Part shown: positions 28,937 through 37,354 of the stretch, piece after piece | Layout of the letters: the number at the start of each line of letters is the position of its first letter | How positions within the stretch are numbered: position 1 is the stretch's first letter | The notes under the pieces: model-generated | The model's database searches: none | The model's input: only the letters and a program-made list of their open reading frames with translations | Told to the model about the DNA's origin: nothing | Position numbers and translations under genes: made by a program | Assembly: GCA_040905905.1 (NCBI GenBank) | Contig: JBBDQN010000031.1 | Location: 150,637 to 214,636, forward strand | Length of the DNA stretch: 64,000 bases | Reading direction: 5' to 3' | Source: Acidimicrobiia bacterium | GTDB lineage: Bacteria > Actinomycetota > Acidimicrobiia > Spongiisociales > ZC4RG35

Positions 28937-29642
28937 CATGACTCACCTGCCTTCGACTATCACCACCAGCAGCCAGTCGGTGATGGTATCGGTGGTTACG
29001 CATCCTGGGGGCGAGAGGGTCGAAGGCGAAGTTAGACAGCTGGTGGTGGCGGGCTATACGGGTCGAGACACGAGCCAGGTGCAAGCCCATATCGACGAAC
29101 TGGCCAGGGAGGGAATCTCCCCTCCACCCCAGATCCCAATGTTCTACTCCGTTCCCGTCGACCGACTGGTGGTCGGCGAACGGGCACGAGTCAATGGCGA
29201 GATGACCTCTGGAGAGGTGGAACCGGTCCTCCTGTACCTGGCGGGCAGGCGCTTTGTGGGAGTCGGATCTGACCACACCGACCGCCACCTGGAGAGGACT
29301 GACATCGCTCTCTCCAAGGCTGCCTGCCCGAAGATGATCGCTCGGGTGGTCCTTGATTACGACTTCGTCCTTGGCCATTGGGACGAGCTTCAATTGCGGA
29401 GCTGGGTTGGCCAGGAACGCCGGCCCTACCAATCGGGCGCGGCTGGTCGCTTGCGGTCACCAGACGAGTTGACGGCATTGCTCAAAGGTGGGTTGTCCGA
29501 GGGCACCGTCCTCTTCATGGGGACCATCCCACTTCTTGAACCTGGATTCGTCTACGCCGATCGTTTCGAATTTGAGATGTCGGTAGGAGATGACAGCTCC
29601 ACCATCCGTGGGTCGTATGAGTTGGAGAGGAGAGCCATATGA
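28937..29642 (+). CDS. Hypothetical protein (235 aa; possibly DUF2848-like), first gene of the aromatic catabolic operon
   Basis: The ATG at 28937 is chosen because the longer ORF from 28650 would overlap ubiX on the opposite strand. Its stop overlaps the start of the HpaB-family gene. Confidence 0.5.
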
Positions 29643-31090
29643 GAACGGGAAAGGAGTACCTGGAATCTCTGGCCGATGGACGATGTGTATACGTCGACGG
29701 TGAACGGGTAGCCGATGTGGCCTCTCACCCCGCTTTCCAGGGGGTGGCAGTGTCCGTCGGCGCGTTGTTCGATCGGGCTGGCGAAGACGACATGACTTTC
29801 ATGTCGCCGGTAACCGGCCAATCCGCTAATCGGGCCTTCATGATTCCCCGCAGCATCGAAGACCTCTCTGTCCGCCGGCAGGCAATCACCACCTGGGCTC
29901 ACCAATCCCGCGGGTTTCTCGGACGAAGCCCGGATCACGTAGCCGGCTTCCTGGCCGGGTTCGCCAGCGGGGCCAATCTATTCAATCGCAACGGTCGCGA
30001 CTTCTCCGAGAACGTGACCAGGTTCTATCACCGATTGCTGACCGAAGATCTGTTTGTCTCCTACGTGATCATTCCACCGCAGGTGGATCGCAGCACCACT
30101 GCTTCGGGTTGGGATGGTGAGCTGATCCAGGTTGGTGTTGCCGAGGAGAAGCCCGGCGGTTTCGTCGTGCGGGGTTCGCAAATGCTGGGGACCGGCTCCT
30201 CCGTGTCTGACTACTTGTTCGTCTCTTGCATCAAGCCACTCACGCCTGCCGATGAGCGTTATGCCCTGTCATTTGTCTTGCCCCTATCGACGTCTGGACT
30301 CAAGCTGTACTGTCGGCGACCCTATGCAGTTGGACAACCGAGCCGGTACGACTATCCACTTTCCACCCAGTTCGACGAGTCGGATGCGCTGGTGGTGTTC
30401 GACGATGTCTTCGTCCCGTGGGAGAACGTCTTTGCGTACCGGGACGTCGACATGGTTCGATCGCAGTTCTTTCAGACCGCCGCCCATATCCTGGGCAACA
30501 CGCAATCCCAGATCCGGCTTGTGGAGAAGATGAAATTCCTGATCGGAATCGCCCGCAAGATTGCGGCGGTCAACGGCATTGACCAAATGCCACCGGTCCA
30601 CGAGAAACTGGGCGACCTGGCCTCTCTGGCATCAATCGTGGAGGGGATGGTGTTGGCCGCCGAGGCCACCGCCACCATCGATCAGTTCGGCGTCGCCCGC
30701 CCCAATCCCCGCTTTCTCTACGGTTCCATGGGGCTGCAATCAGAGATCTACCCCCGGGTGCTCCATCTGATACGAGAACTGGTGGGAGGTGGGGTCATCC
30801 AACTTCCCTCCTCGTATCGGGAGTTGACCAACCCGGAGACCCGCCCGGACATGGATCGATACATCCAGTCGCCTGGCCACAGTTCGGTCGAGCGGATCAA
30901 GCTGTTCAAGCTTGCCTGGGACGTCATCGGGTCCGAGTTCGCCGGTCGCCACCATCAGTACGAGATGTTCTATGCAGGAGCGCCTTTCGTGGCCAAGGGC
31001 TATGCATACCGCAACTACGGCTATGAGGAAGCCCTCGACAGCGTGGAGTCGTTCCTCGCCTCCTACGACCTCCCCGATTCCGGGCCGTGA
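29639..31090 (+). CDS. HpaB-family two-component flavin-dependent monooxygenase, oxygenase component (4-hydroxyphenylacetate 3-monooxygenase / phenol hydroxylase-like)
   Basis: N-terminal GKEYLESLADGRCVYVDGERVADVASHPAF closely parallels HpaB; 483 aa. Confidence 0.8.
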   Translation: MRTGKEYLESLADGRCVYVDGERVADVASHPAFQGVAVSVGALFDRAGEDDMTFMSPVTGQSANRAFMIPRSIEDLSVRRQAITTWAHQSRGFLGRSPDHVAGFLAGFASGANLFNRNGRDFSENVTRFYHRLLTEDLFVSYVIIPPQVDRSTTASGWDGELIQVGVAEEKPGGFVVRGSQMLGTGSSVSDYLFVSCIKPLTPADERYALSFVLPLSTSGLKLYCRRPYAVGQPSRYDYPLSTQFDESDALVVFDDVFVPWENVFAYRDVDMVRSQFFQTAAHILGNTQSQIRLVEKMKFLIGIARKIAAVNGIDQMPPVHEKLGDLASLASIVEGMVLAAEATATIDQFGVARPNPRFLYGSMGLQSEIYPRVLHLIRELVGGGVIQLPSSYRELTNPETRPDMDRYIQSPGHSSVERIKLFKLAWDVIGSEFAGRHHQYEMFYAGAPFVAKGYAYRNYGYEEALDSVESFLASYDLPDSGP

Positions 31091-31617
31091 CCGAACGGGA
31101 AACAACAGCCACAGGCGTGACTCCCGATGTCCTCCGGCGAGTATTGGGAGGTTTTCCGACGGGGGTCACGGTGGTCACTGCCACCCGGGAACGAGAACGT
31201 CATGGCATGACGCTCAACTCCTTGACCTCGGTGTCGCTCGAGCCACCGTTGGTTCTTGTTTGCCTTCACAACGACAGCCGTACTCTCTGGGCGGTCCAGG
31301 GGAGCGGTTGGTTTGCGATCAACTTTCTGGCGCAGGGCCAGGAGGGAGTCTCCAACGCTTTTGCTCGACGGGGCGAGGACCACTTCGCCGGGATGGCTGC
31401 CCCTGAGGATGGTGACGCACCTCCACTTATTCCAGGGAGGATCGCTCACCTCCTTTGTCAGGTGGAGACGATCCATCCGGGTGGGGATCACCATGTGGTC
31501 CTGGGTCGGGTCGCCGAGGGCGTGAGCAACGAACTCCCACCTCTGGTGTTTTTCAAGGGCCGCTATCACCGGCTGGGTGGACTCGACTCCGATGCCGAAG
31601 CCCTCTGGTACTGGTAG
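31087..31617 (+). CDS. Flavin reductase (HpaC-like NAD(P)H-flavin oxidoreductase component)
   Basis: Flavin_Reduct domain pattern GVTVVTA....HGMTLNSLTSVSLEPPLVLVCL. It is translationally coupled to the oxygenase. Confidence 0.8.
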   Translation: MTERETTATGVTPDVLRRVLGGFPTGVTVVTATRERERHGMTLNSLTSVSLEPPLVLVCLHNDSRTLWAVQGSGWFAINFLAQGQEGVSNAFARRGEDHFAGMAAPEDGDAPPLIPGRIAHLLCQVETIHPGGDHHVVLGRVAEGVSNELPPLVFFKGRYHRLGGLDSDAEALWYW

Positions 31618-31625
31618 AAGACTGT

Positions 31626-31991
31626 ATGGCCAAACCCGAACTCGAATTCATCGATCCGTCTGCCCCCGATCGCGTCGCCTGGCGACCAGTGGCGGGAGAC
31701 AAGACCGGCTTGCTCGAAGAGATGATCCTGGCAGAGGACCCCGAAACCGGTGACTTCACTCGGTTGCTGAGGTTTCCTCCTGGTGCTGACACAAGCCCCA
31801 ACGGTCCGGTCCACCACGATGTGTGGGAAGAAGTCTTCATCGTGGAAGGCACGTTGATCGACCTACGTCTGCAAGAAGAGTTCGGACCGGGTATGTACGC
31901 CTGCCGGCCCCCCGGCATGGAACATGGCCCCTGGACCTCCCCACTTGGAGCTGTCACATTTGAGGTCCGCTATCGCCGGAACGACGGATGA
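31626..31991 (+). CDS. Cupin domain protein (121 aa)
   Basis: The ATG at 31626 is chosen to avoid overlap with the reductase. It has a small beta-barrel signature (HHDVWEEVFIVEG....GMEHGPW), and its stop overlaps the ubiD start. Confidence 0.55.
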   Translation: MAKPELEFIDPSAPDRVAWRPVAGDKTGLLEEMILAEDPETGDFTRLLRFPPGADTSPNGPVHHDVWEEVFIVEGTLIDLRLQEEFGPGMYACRPPGMEHGPWTSPLGAVTFEVRYRRNDG

Positions 31992-33379
31992 GCACTCTCT
32001 TTCGTGACGCCGTGCGCCGGCTCGATCAGGCCGGTCGTCTCGTCAAGGTGGCTCGACCGGTGAGCCAACACCAAGAGCTGGCCGGAATCCTGCGTCGCTT
32101 TGACGGAGATAAGGCGTTCCTCTTCGAGTCGGTCTCAGGGTCGGACCTGACCGTGGTCGGCAATCTCTTGGCCAGTCCACTAAACGTGCAGGCTGCCCTG
32201 GCCGCCGATCCCTGGGCTATTCGGCGGATGATGATTGCTGGTCTGGAGAAACCGATCCCGCCCGAGATGGTTGCTGATCCGCCCGCCCAGCAAGAGGTCG
32301 TGAGTGAGCCATTCGAGCTGGGCACCCTGCTCCCGGTCCTTGCCCATGCCCCTGGTGACGGGGGGCGATTTATCACCGCCGGAGTCGTGATCGTGCGCGA
32401 CCCGGAGACCGGCGTTCACAATGCCTCCTATCACCGTCTCCAGCTATTGGGTGGGAACCGGACCGCAATCAAACTCGACATCGGGCGGCATTTGCGGGCT
32501 GCCCACGATCGGGCCCGTCAGTTGGGACGAGCTCTGCCGATCTCGGTCTGCCTGGGCACCGACCTCGCCCTCATGTATGCCGCGGCACTTATGGGCTCAC
32601 AGATGCCCGAGACCGCCGATGAGCTCTCGGCCGCCGGCGGGATCAAAGGGGCGCCGCTGGCGGTTGCGCCAGCCCTCACCCAGGACATCCTGGTAGCGGC
32701 AGAGAGTGAGATTGTCCTGGAAGGCGAGATCTCGCCCACAGAGACGGTCCACGAGGGTCCCTTTGCTGAGTTCGTTGGTTACCACTCGGATGAGGGTCCG
32801 GCTCCGGTGGTTACCTTCACAGCAGTGACCCACCGTCCCGAGCCGCTGTACTACGCCATCAACGGCGCGGGGCGGGAAACCGTGATGCTCCGGAAATACA
32901 CCTTGGAGGCGAGCGCCCTCAAGGCCGTGCAGGCGGCAGTGCCGATCGTCACCGACGTCGAGATGACGGCCGGCGGTCTGCACAGGTTTCACATCATCAT
33001 TCAGGTGAACAAGACCAAGCCCCAACACGAGGGCCTGCAGCGCAACGCCATGCTGGCGGCGTTTGCTGCGCTCAAAGACCTCGATATGGTCATTGTCGTC
33101 GACGATGACATCGACCTCCGGGATCCAACCGACGTTGAGTATGCGTTGGCCACCAGGTTCGAGGCTTCCCGTGACATGGTCGTGATCCCGGGAGCCCGCG
33201 GCCACGAGTACGTACGCGTCTCAGCAGGTGGCATTCGCACCAAGCTCGGGCTCGACGCCACTGTTGTTGCTTCCGAGCGCGATCGGTTCCGGAGGGCACC
33301 CTTTGCCGCCGTGCAGTTGGAGGATGTCGACACAAGGACGGAACCGGGGAGCAGCGGGCTGCCCTGGCTCAGTGAATAG
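31988..33379 (+). CDS. ubiD: UbiD family (prenyl-FMN-dependent) aromatic acid decarboxylase
   Basis: 463 aa; the N-terminus RLDQAGRLVKVARPVS....GDKAFLFESVSGSDLTVVGNL and the central ExxExxGE region follow the UbiD-family pattern. Confidence 0.8.
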   Translation: MSTLFRDAVRRLDQAGRLVKVARPVSQHQELAGILRRFDGDKAFLFESVSGSDLTVVGNLLASPLNVQAALAADPWAIRRMMIAGLEKPIPPEMVADPPAQQEVVSEPFELGTLLPVLAHAPGDGGRFITAGVVIVRDPETGVHNASYHRLQLLGGNRTAIKLDIGRHLRAAHDRARQLGRALPISVCLGTDLALMYAAALMGSQMPETADELSAAGGIKGAPLAVAPALTQDILVAAESEIVLEGEISPTETVHEGPFAEFVGYHSDEGPAPVVTFTAVTHRPEPLYYAINGAGRETVMLRKYTLEASALKAVQAAVPIVTDVEMTAGGLHRFHIIIQVNKTKPQHEGLQRNAMLAAFAALKDLDMVIVVDDDIDLRDPTDVEYALATRFEASRDMVVIPGARGHEYVRVSAGGIRTKLGLDATVVASERDRFRRAPFAAVQLEDVDTRTEPGSSGLPWLSE

Positions 33380-34601
33380 GGGCATTTGGCGTCGCAGCAC
33401 GCGGGCGGCGTTTCGGAGTGTGGGAGAGCGCAACTTCCGGCTTTTCGTCGTAGGTCAACTGGTGTCAGCGGCGGGCATGTGGATCCAGAGGGCCGCCGAG
33501 CTTTGGCTGGTTCTGTCTCTGACCGGTGATCCAGTGGCGGTGGGAATCGTGACTGCCCTCGGATTTGGACCGGTCTTGTTTTTGGGACCGTGGGCGGGAC
33601 TCATCGCCGATCGCAGCGATCGCCGACGACTCCTGTTCGTCACACAGAGTCTTCGAGCCATCCCTCCCCTTGCTCTCGGGCTTCTCGTGGTCATGGACCA
33701 GGCCAGCCTGGGGGCGATCTACGCCCTGACCCTCGCCTCGGGAATAGCCACCGCTTTCGACAATCCCACCCGGCGCTCGTTCCTCCAGGAGATGGTGGGA
33801 CGGGATCGGGCTACCAACGCAGTAGGTCTCAATGCTTCAGTGATGACGTCGGCGCGCGTGGTGGGACCATTGATCGCCGGGGTCGTGATCACCTCGGTGG
33901 GTATTGGATGGTGCTTCATCATCAATGGACTGACCTACCTTGCGCTCATCCTCGCCCTGGTCCGCATGCGCCCGGACGAGTTGTATCGGCGGCCGCTGGT
34001 GGAGAGAGCTCCGGGACAGGTTCGGGAAGGTTTCCGATACGCGGCTAACAACGCCGCGGTCAGATGGTCGCTGCTCTTGTTGTTGGTGGTGGGCACTCTC
34101 TCGTGGAGCAGCGTCGAGGTGATGATTCCCTTGATCGTTCGGCTTGTGCTCGACGGAGAGGTGACCAGCTACACGGTCGTCTTCGCCCTCTTCGGAGCAG
34201 GGGCGGTGTTGGGGTCACTGATCGTGGCTTCCCGCAGCCAGGTCACTCTCAAACAGGTGGCGATCGCACTGGCTGGCCTGGGACTCGCCCTTGTGGCTTC
34301 CGCTGCTTCCCCCAACCTTTGGTGGGCCGTGATCGCTTTTGGCGGCGTCGGCCTGACGGGCGCAGCCTTCGTAACGGCCCAGAACGCCCAGGTGATCCAC
34401 ATGACTACCGACCGATTTCAGGGCCGGATCCTGGCCCTGGTCTCCAGCATCCAATTGGGGGCAAGGTCGATCGGAGCTTTGGCCATAGGGGGGATGGCCG
34501 CCGTGGCGGGCCCGCGGGTGGCAGTGGCGGTCGGGGGTGTCATCTCCCTAATAGGTGCCGCTGTGGCGTTTGGCGGGCCTTCCCAGCCCCTGGAGAATTG
34601 A
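33372..34601 (+). CDS. MFS transporter. The start is uncertain: GTG 33372, ATG 33324 or GTG 33420 are all possible.
   Basis: N-terminal FRLFVVGQLVSAAGMW, 12 transmembrane segments and MFS loops. Confidence 0.7.
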   Translation: MNRGIWRRSTRAAFRSVGERNFRLFVVGQLVSAAGMWIQRAAELWLVLSLTGDPVAVGIVTALGFGPVLFLGPWAGLIADRSDRRRLLFVTQSLRAIPPLALGLLVVMDQASLGAIYALTLASGIATAFDNPTRRSFLQEMVGRDRATNAVGLNASVMTSARVVGPLIAGVVITSVGIGWCFIINGLTYLALILALVRMRPDELYRRPLVERAPGQVREGFRYAANNAAVRWSLLLLLVVGTLSWSSVEVMIPLIVRLVLDGEVTSYTVVFALFGAGAVLGSLIVASRSQVTLKQVAIALAGLGLALVASAASPNLWWAVIAFGGVGLTGAAFVTAQNAQVIHMTTDRFQGRILALVSSIQLGARSIGALAIGGMAAVAGPRVAVAVGGVISLIGAAVAFGGPSQPLEN

Positions 34602-34666
34602 GAGCGCACGGTGGGGGTCTACCGACGTCAGCAAGGCTGCTCGTCAGACAGCCTAGAGTTCACACC

Positions 34667-35443
34667 GTGACCGCCTCTTACGAGGGAGGACCGCCGGCTT
34701 CAGTTGGCGAGACATCCCTCGCCCCCCAGAAACTGACGCGCGTGCGATTGGCTGACACCTTGCTGACCCAGCTTCGCCAACAGATCCTTTCCGGCCGTCT
34801 TGAACCCGGGACTCCCTTGCCCTCCGAACGGGAGATCGGTGAAGCATTTGGAGTGGGGCGGACCACCGTCCGTGAGGCCTTGCAGGGCCTGCTGGCCACA
34901 GGATTTGTCGAACGATCCGGCAATCAGCTAGTCGTGCGCTCGGCTGATCTGGTTGGCCGCGACGAGGTGGCGTTCGCGGCCATGAGCGCCCGGGTGTCGG
35001 TTCAGGAGGTGTTCTCGACCCGCAAGCTGCTCGAGGTCGAGATTGCTCGCCTGGCTGCGGTGCACAGAACCAGTGAGGATCTGACCGATATCTGGGCCAT
35101 TCTCGAATCTATGGATGATGACCAGCCCACCGATTACCACGCCCACGACATCGAGTTTCATAGTCGGCTTGCTCGAGCTTCTGGAAACCGGGTGCTGGCA
35201 GGGGTGTACGAGTCGAGCATCCATCTGTTCTTTCGATTGCCCGCCTTCTGGAAGGTTTTCGGCAAGTCGCAGACTCCGATTGGTGGGGGGCGGGAGGGCC
35301 ACGAGGCGATCTATAAGGCAATTGAGGGTGGTGAGGCCGGCGACGCCGCTCGGGTGGTTTTCGAGCACCTCGATCTGGTGGAGCGAGCCCTGATTCGCAG
35401 CATTCACCGATCGCACGGCGATCGTCGTCCCTCCTCGGACTGA
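34667..35443 (+). CDS. GntR family transcriptional regulator (FadR subfamily)
   Basis: Winged HTH REIGEAFGVGRTTVREALQGL followed by a FadR-like all-alpha C-terminal domain. The GTG at 34667 is chosen to avoid overlap with the MFS gene; the long upstream ORF (34064) is GC artefact. Confidence 0.75.
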   Translation: MTASYEGGPPASVGETSLAPQKLTRVRLADTLLTQLRQQILSGRLEPGTPLPSEREIGEAFGVGRTTVREALQGLLATGFVERSGNQLVVRSADLVGRDEVAFAAMSARVSVQEVFSTRKLLEVEIARLAAVHRTSEDLTDIWAILESMDDDQPTDYHAHDIEFHSRLARASGNRVLAGVYESSIHLFFRLPAFWKVFGKSQTPIGGGREGHEAIYKAIEGGEAGDAARVVFEHLDLVERALIRSIHRSHGDRRPSSD

Positions 35444-35501
35444 GCGACGAGGCTTTCCATCCTCAAGGCGTTTCGCAGTCCGTTTGAGACTCTCTGACCT
35501 C

Positions 35502-35582
35502 CCTTGCCAGACAATCGGGCCTCCTTGCCAGACAATCGAGGTGATGGTTATGATCCGCTCATCAGATTGTCAGGCAATCAGG
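35502..35582 (+). promoter_or_regulatory. Operator cluster: two perfect 16-nt direct repeats CCTTGCCAGACAATCG (35502-35517 and 35523-35538) plus an inverted copy CAGATTGTCAGGCAATCAG (35561-35582) immediately upstream of the amidohydrolase gene
   Basis: The repeats are directly visible. They lie downstream of the GntR gene and directly 5' of the RBS GGAAAGGAG at 35581, and the same motif recurs at 28904-28929. Confidence 0.55.
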
Positions 35583-35598
35583 AAAGGAGTCAGTGACC

Positions 35599-36852
35599 AT
35601 GCGGCAAGGCTTCAAGGTCATCGATGTCGACACCCATGTGACCCCGGCCATGGAAGTGTTGTTCCGCTATGCCGACAAGGAGCTCCTGGATCGTAAGAGC
35701 GAACTGGACCCCTACATCCGCATGACGAAGCCGGTGGCCGGCAGAGGCCATCCTGAAACCGAATATGGGGTGCTGCGGGTCAACCCCAAGCCATATTCGC
35801 GGGTTGCGGGATTCAAAGAGGAGCAGGAAGTACCAAGCGGAGCGGGTGCCAAGGGCGCGTTGGAAGGCAGAGTTTCCAACCTGGCGGTCAAGCCGATTCA
35901 GGTGGGGGTCCAGCATGACAACTCCAAAGGTCGACTTCTGGACATGGACGTTGAAGGCGTCGACATCGACGTCATCATCCCGGGCACCTGGGCCCCGGGC
36001 AGCTCAGCGCTCGATCTCGACCTGGCCAAAGGGCTTTATCGGGCGTACCACCGGTATATGACTGACTATTGCTCGGCCGACTCTCGCCGGCTCAAAGGCC
36101 TGATGATCGTGCCGGGGGCCGATCCAGAGTGGGCTGCGGCGACAATCCGTGAGTATGCCTCTTCCGATTGGGTGGCGGCAGTGTGGCCTGCTCTACCCGA
36201 AGGCTTACCGGTCGACGACCCTGACCTGTCACCGATCTGGGAGGCGATGGATGAAGCCGACCTCCCCTATATGCACCACAGCTTCTTCTATGAGGCGCCC
36301 TACTTTCCCGGCTACCGGGACATTTGGGGCAACGCGGTCGTGGCGCGGACGGCCGCTCACATGTGGGGCGCGCAGAGGCTGGTCTCGTACATCCTCATCT
36401 CGGGGATGCTCGATCGTTACCCCAACCTCCGTGTCGCCACCGTCGAGACGGGCCATAGTTGGCTGGCTCACTGGTTGATCCGCCTGAGTGGCCAGGTCAA
36501 GTTCGTCAAAGGTGGAGCCCACCCCGATCTCAAGCACACTCCACTTGAATACGCATTGATGGGTCGGGTCTTTTGTGCGATCGAGGCTCACGAAGGTCCT
36601 CAACTGACCAAAGCGGCGAACGATGTTCTCGGAGATGGTGTGTTCATGTACTCGTCGGACTTCCCTCATCCGGAGTGCATGTTCCCCGAACATACCGACC
36701 ATGTCATCGCATGGAGAGACGTGATCGGCGAGGAGGCCACCCGCAATCTCATGGCGGAGAACGCTATGCGCTACCTGCGCCTTCTTTCTCATCCTTGGGA
36801 TGGTGGTGCGGTCAAGGGGAGTTCATCCCAAGAAGAGGCCAAGATCGCATAA
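35599..36852 (+). CDS. Amidohydrolase-2 family protein (LigW/ACMSD-like non-oxidative decarboxylase or hydrolase)
   Basis: N-terminal VIDVDTHV metal-binding motif. The RBS GGAAAGGAG lies 9 nt upstream of the ATG at 35599; GTG 35593 is an alternative start. Confidence 0.7.
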   Translation: MRQGFKVIDVDTHVTPAMEVLFRYADKELLDRKSELDPYIRMTKPVAGRGHPETEYGVLRVNPKPYSRVAGFKEEQEVPSGAGAKGALEGRVSNLAVKPIQVGVQHDNSKGRLLDMDVEGVDIDVIIPGTWAPGSSALDLDLAKGLYRAYHRYMTDYCSADSRRLKGLMIVPGADPEWAAATIREYASSDWVAAVWPALPEGLPVDDPDLSPIWEAMDEADLPYMHHSFFYEAPYFPGYRDIWGNAVVARTAAHMWGAQRLVSYILISGMLDRYPNLRVATVETGHSWLAHWLIRLSGQVKFVKGGAHPDLKHTPLEYALMGRVFCAIEAHEGPQLTKAANDVLGDGVFMYSSDFPHPECMFPEHTDHVIAWRDVIGEEATRNLMAENAMRYLRLLSHPWDGGAVKGSSSQEEAKIA

Positions 36853-36883
36853 GAGACCGGGAGCCGAGAAAGAGATTCCATTG

Positions 36884-37288
36884 ATGGACTTCGAGGCGGC
36901 GATGGTGTACGTCGATAGGGCACGCAAGATCGGCGCCCAGATGGGTCTACGGGTAACCGTGGCGGTTCACGATGCCGCCGGTCACCCCGTGGTGGTGGCT
37001 CGTGGCGGCGACAAATGGCACGGTCCCTATATGGCGATGGGTAAGGCCCGACTGGCAGCCGCCTTCCAGAAACCGACAGCCGATCTCGTGGAACAGTGGC
37101 GTGATCGGCCGCTCTTCCCGGCCAGCCTGATCGAGGTCATTCCGGGTGGGGTAACGGTCAACCCCGGAGGTCATCCCATTTTCGTAGATGGCGAATGTGT
37201 GGGGGCGATCGGGGTGGGCGGAGGTAACCCGGAACAGGATGCCCAGGTGGCCCGCCTCACGGTTGAAGGGGTGGAACAAGACTTGTAA
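36884..37288 (+). CDS. GlcG/HbpS-like heme-binding protein (DUF336)
   Basis: 134-aa DUF336 pattern (A..GA..G....V.V.D..G......DGA); the ATG is at 36884. Confidence 0.65.
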   Translation: MDFEAAMVYVDRARKIGAQMGLRVTVAVHDAAGHPVVVARGGDKWHGPYMAMGKARLAAAFQKPTADLVEQWRDRPLFPASLIEVIPGGVTVNPGGHPIFVDGECVGAIGVGGGNPEQDAQVARLTVEGVEQDL

Positions 37289-37354
37289 TCGAAGGCGCCC
37301 GAAGCCTGTCAAAGGAAGAACACCGGCCAACTGACTCCTGGGAGGTCAATCGCA

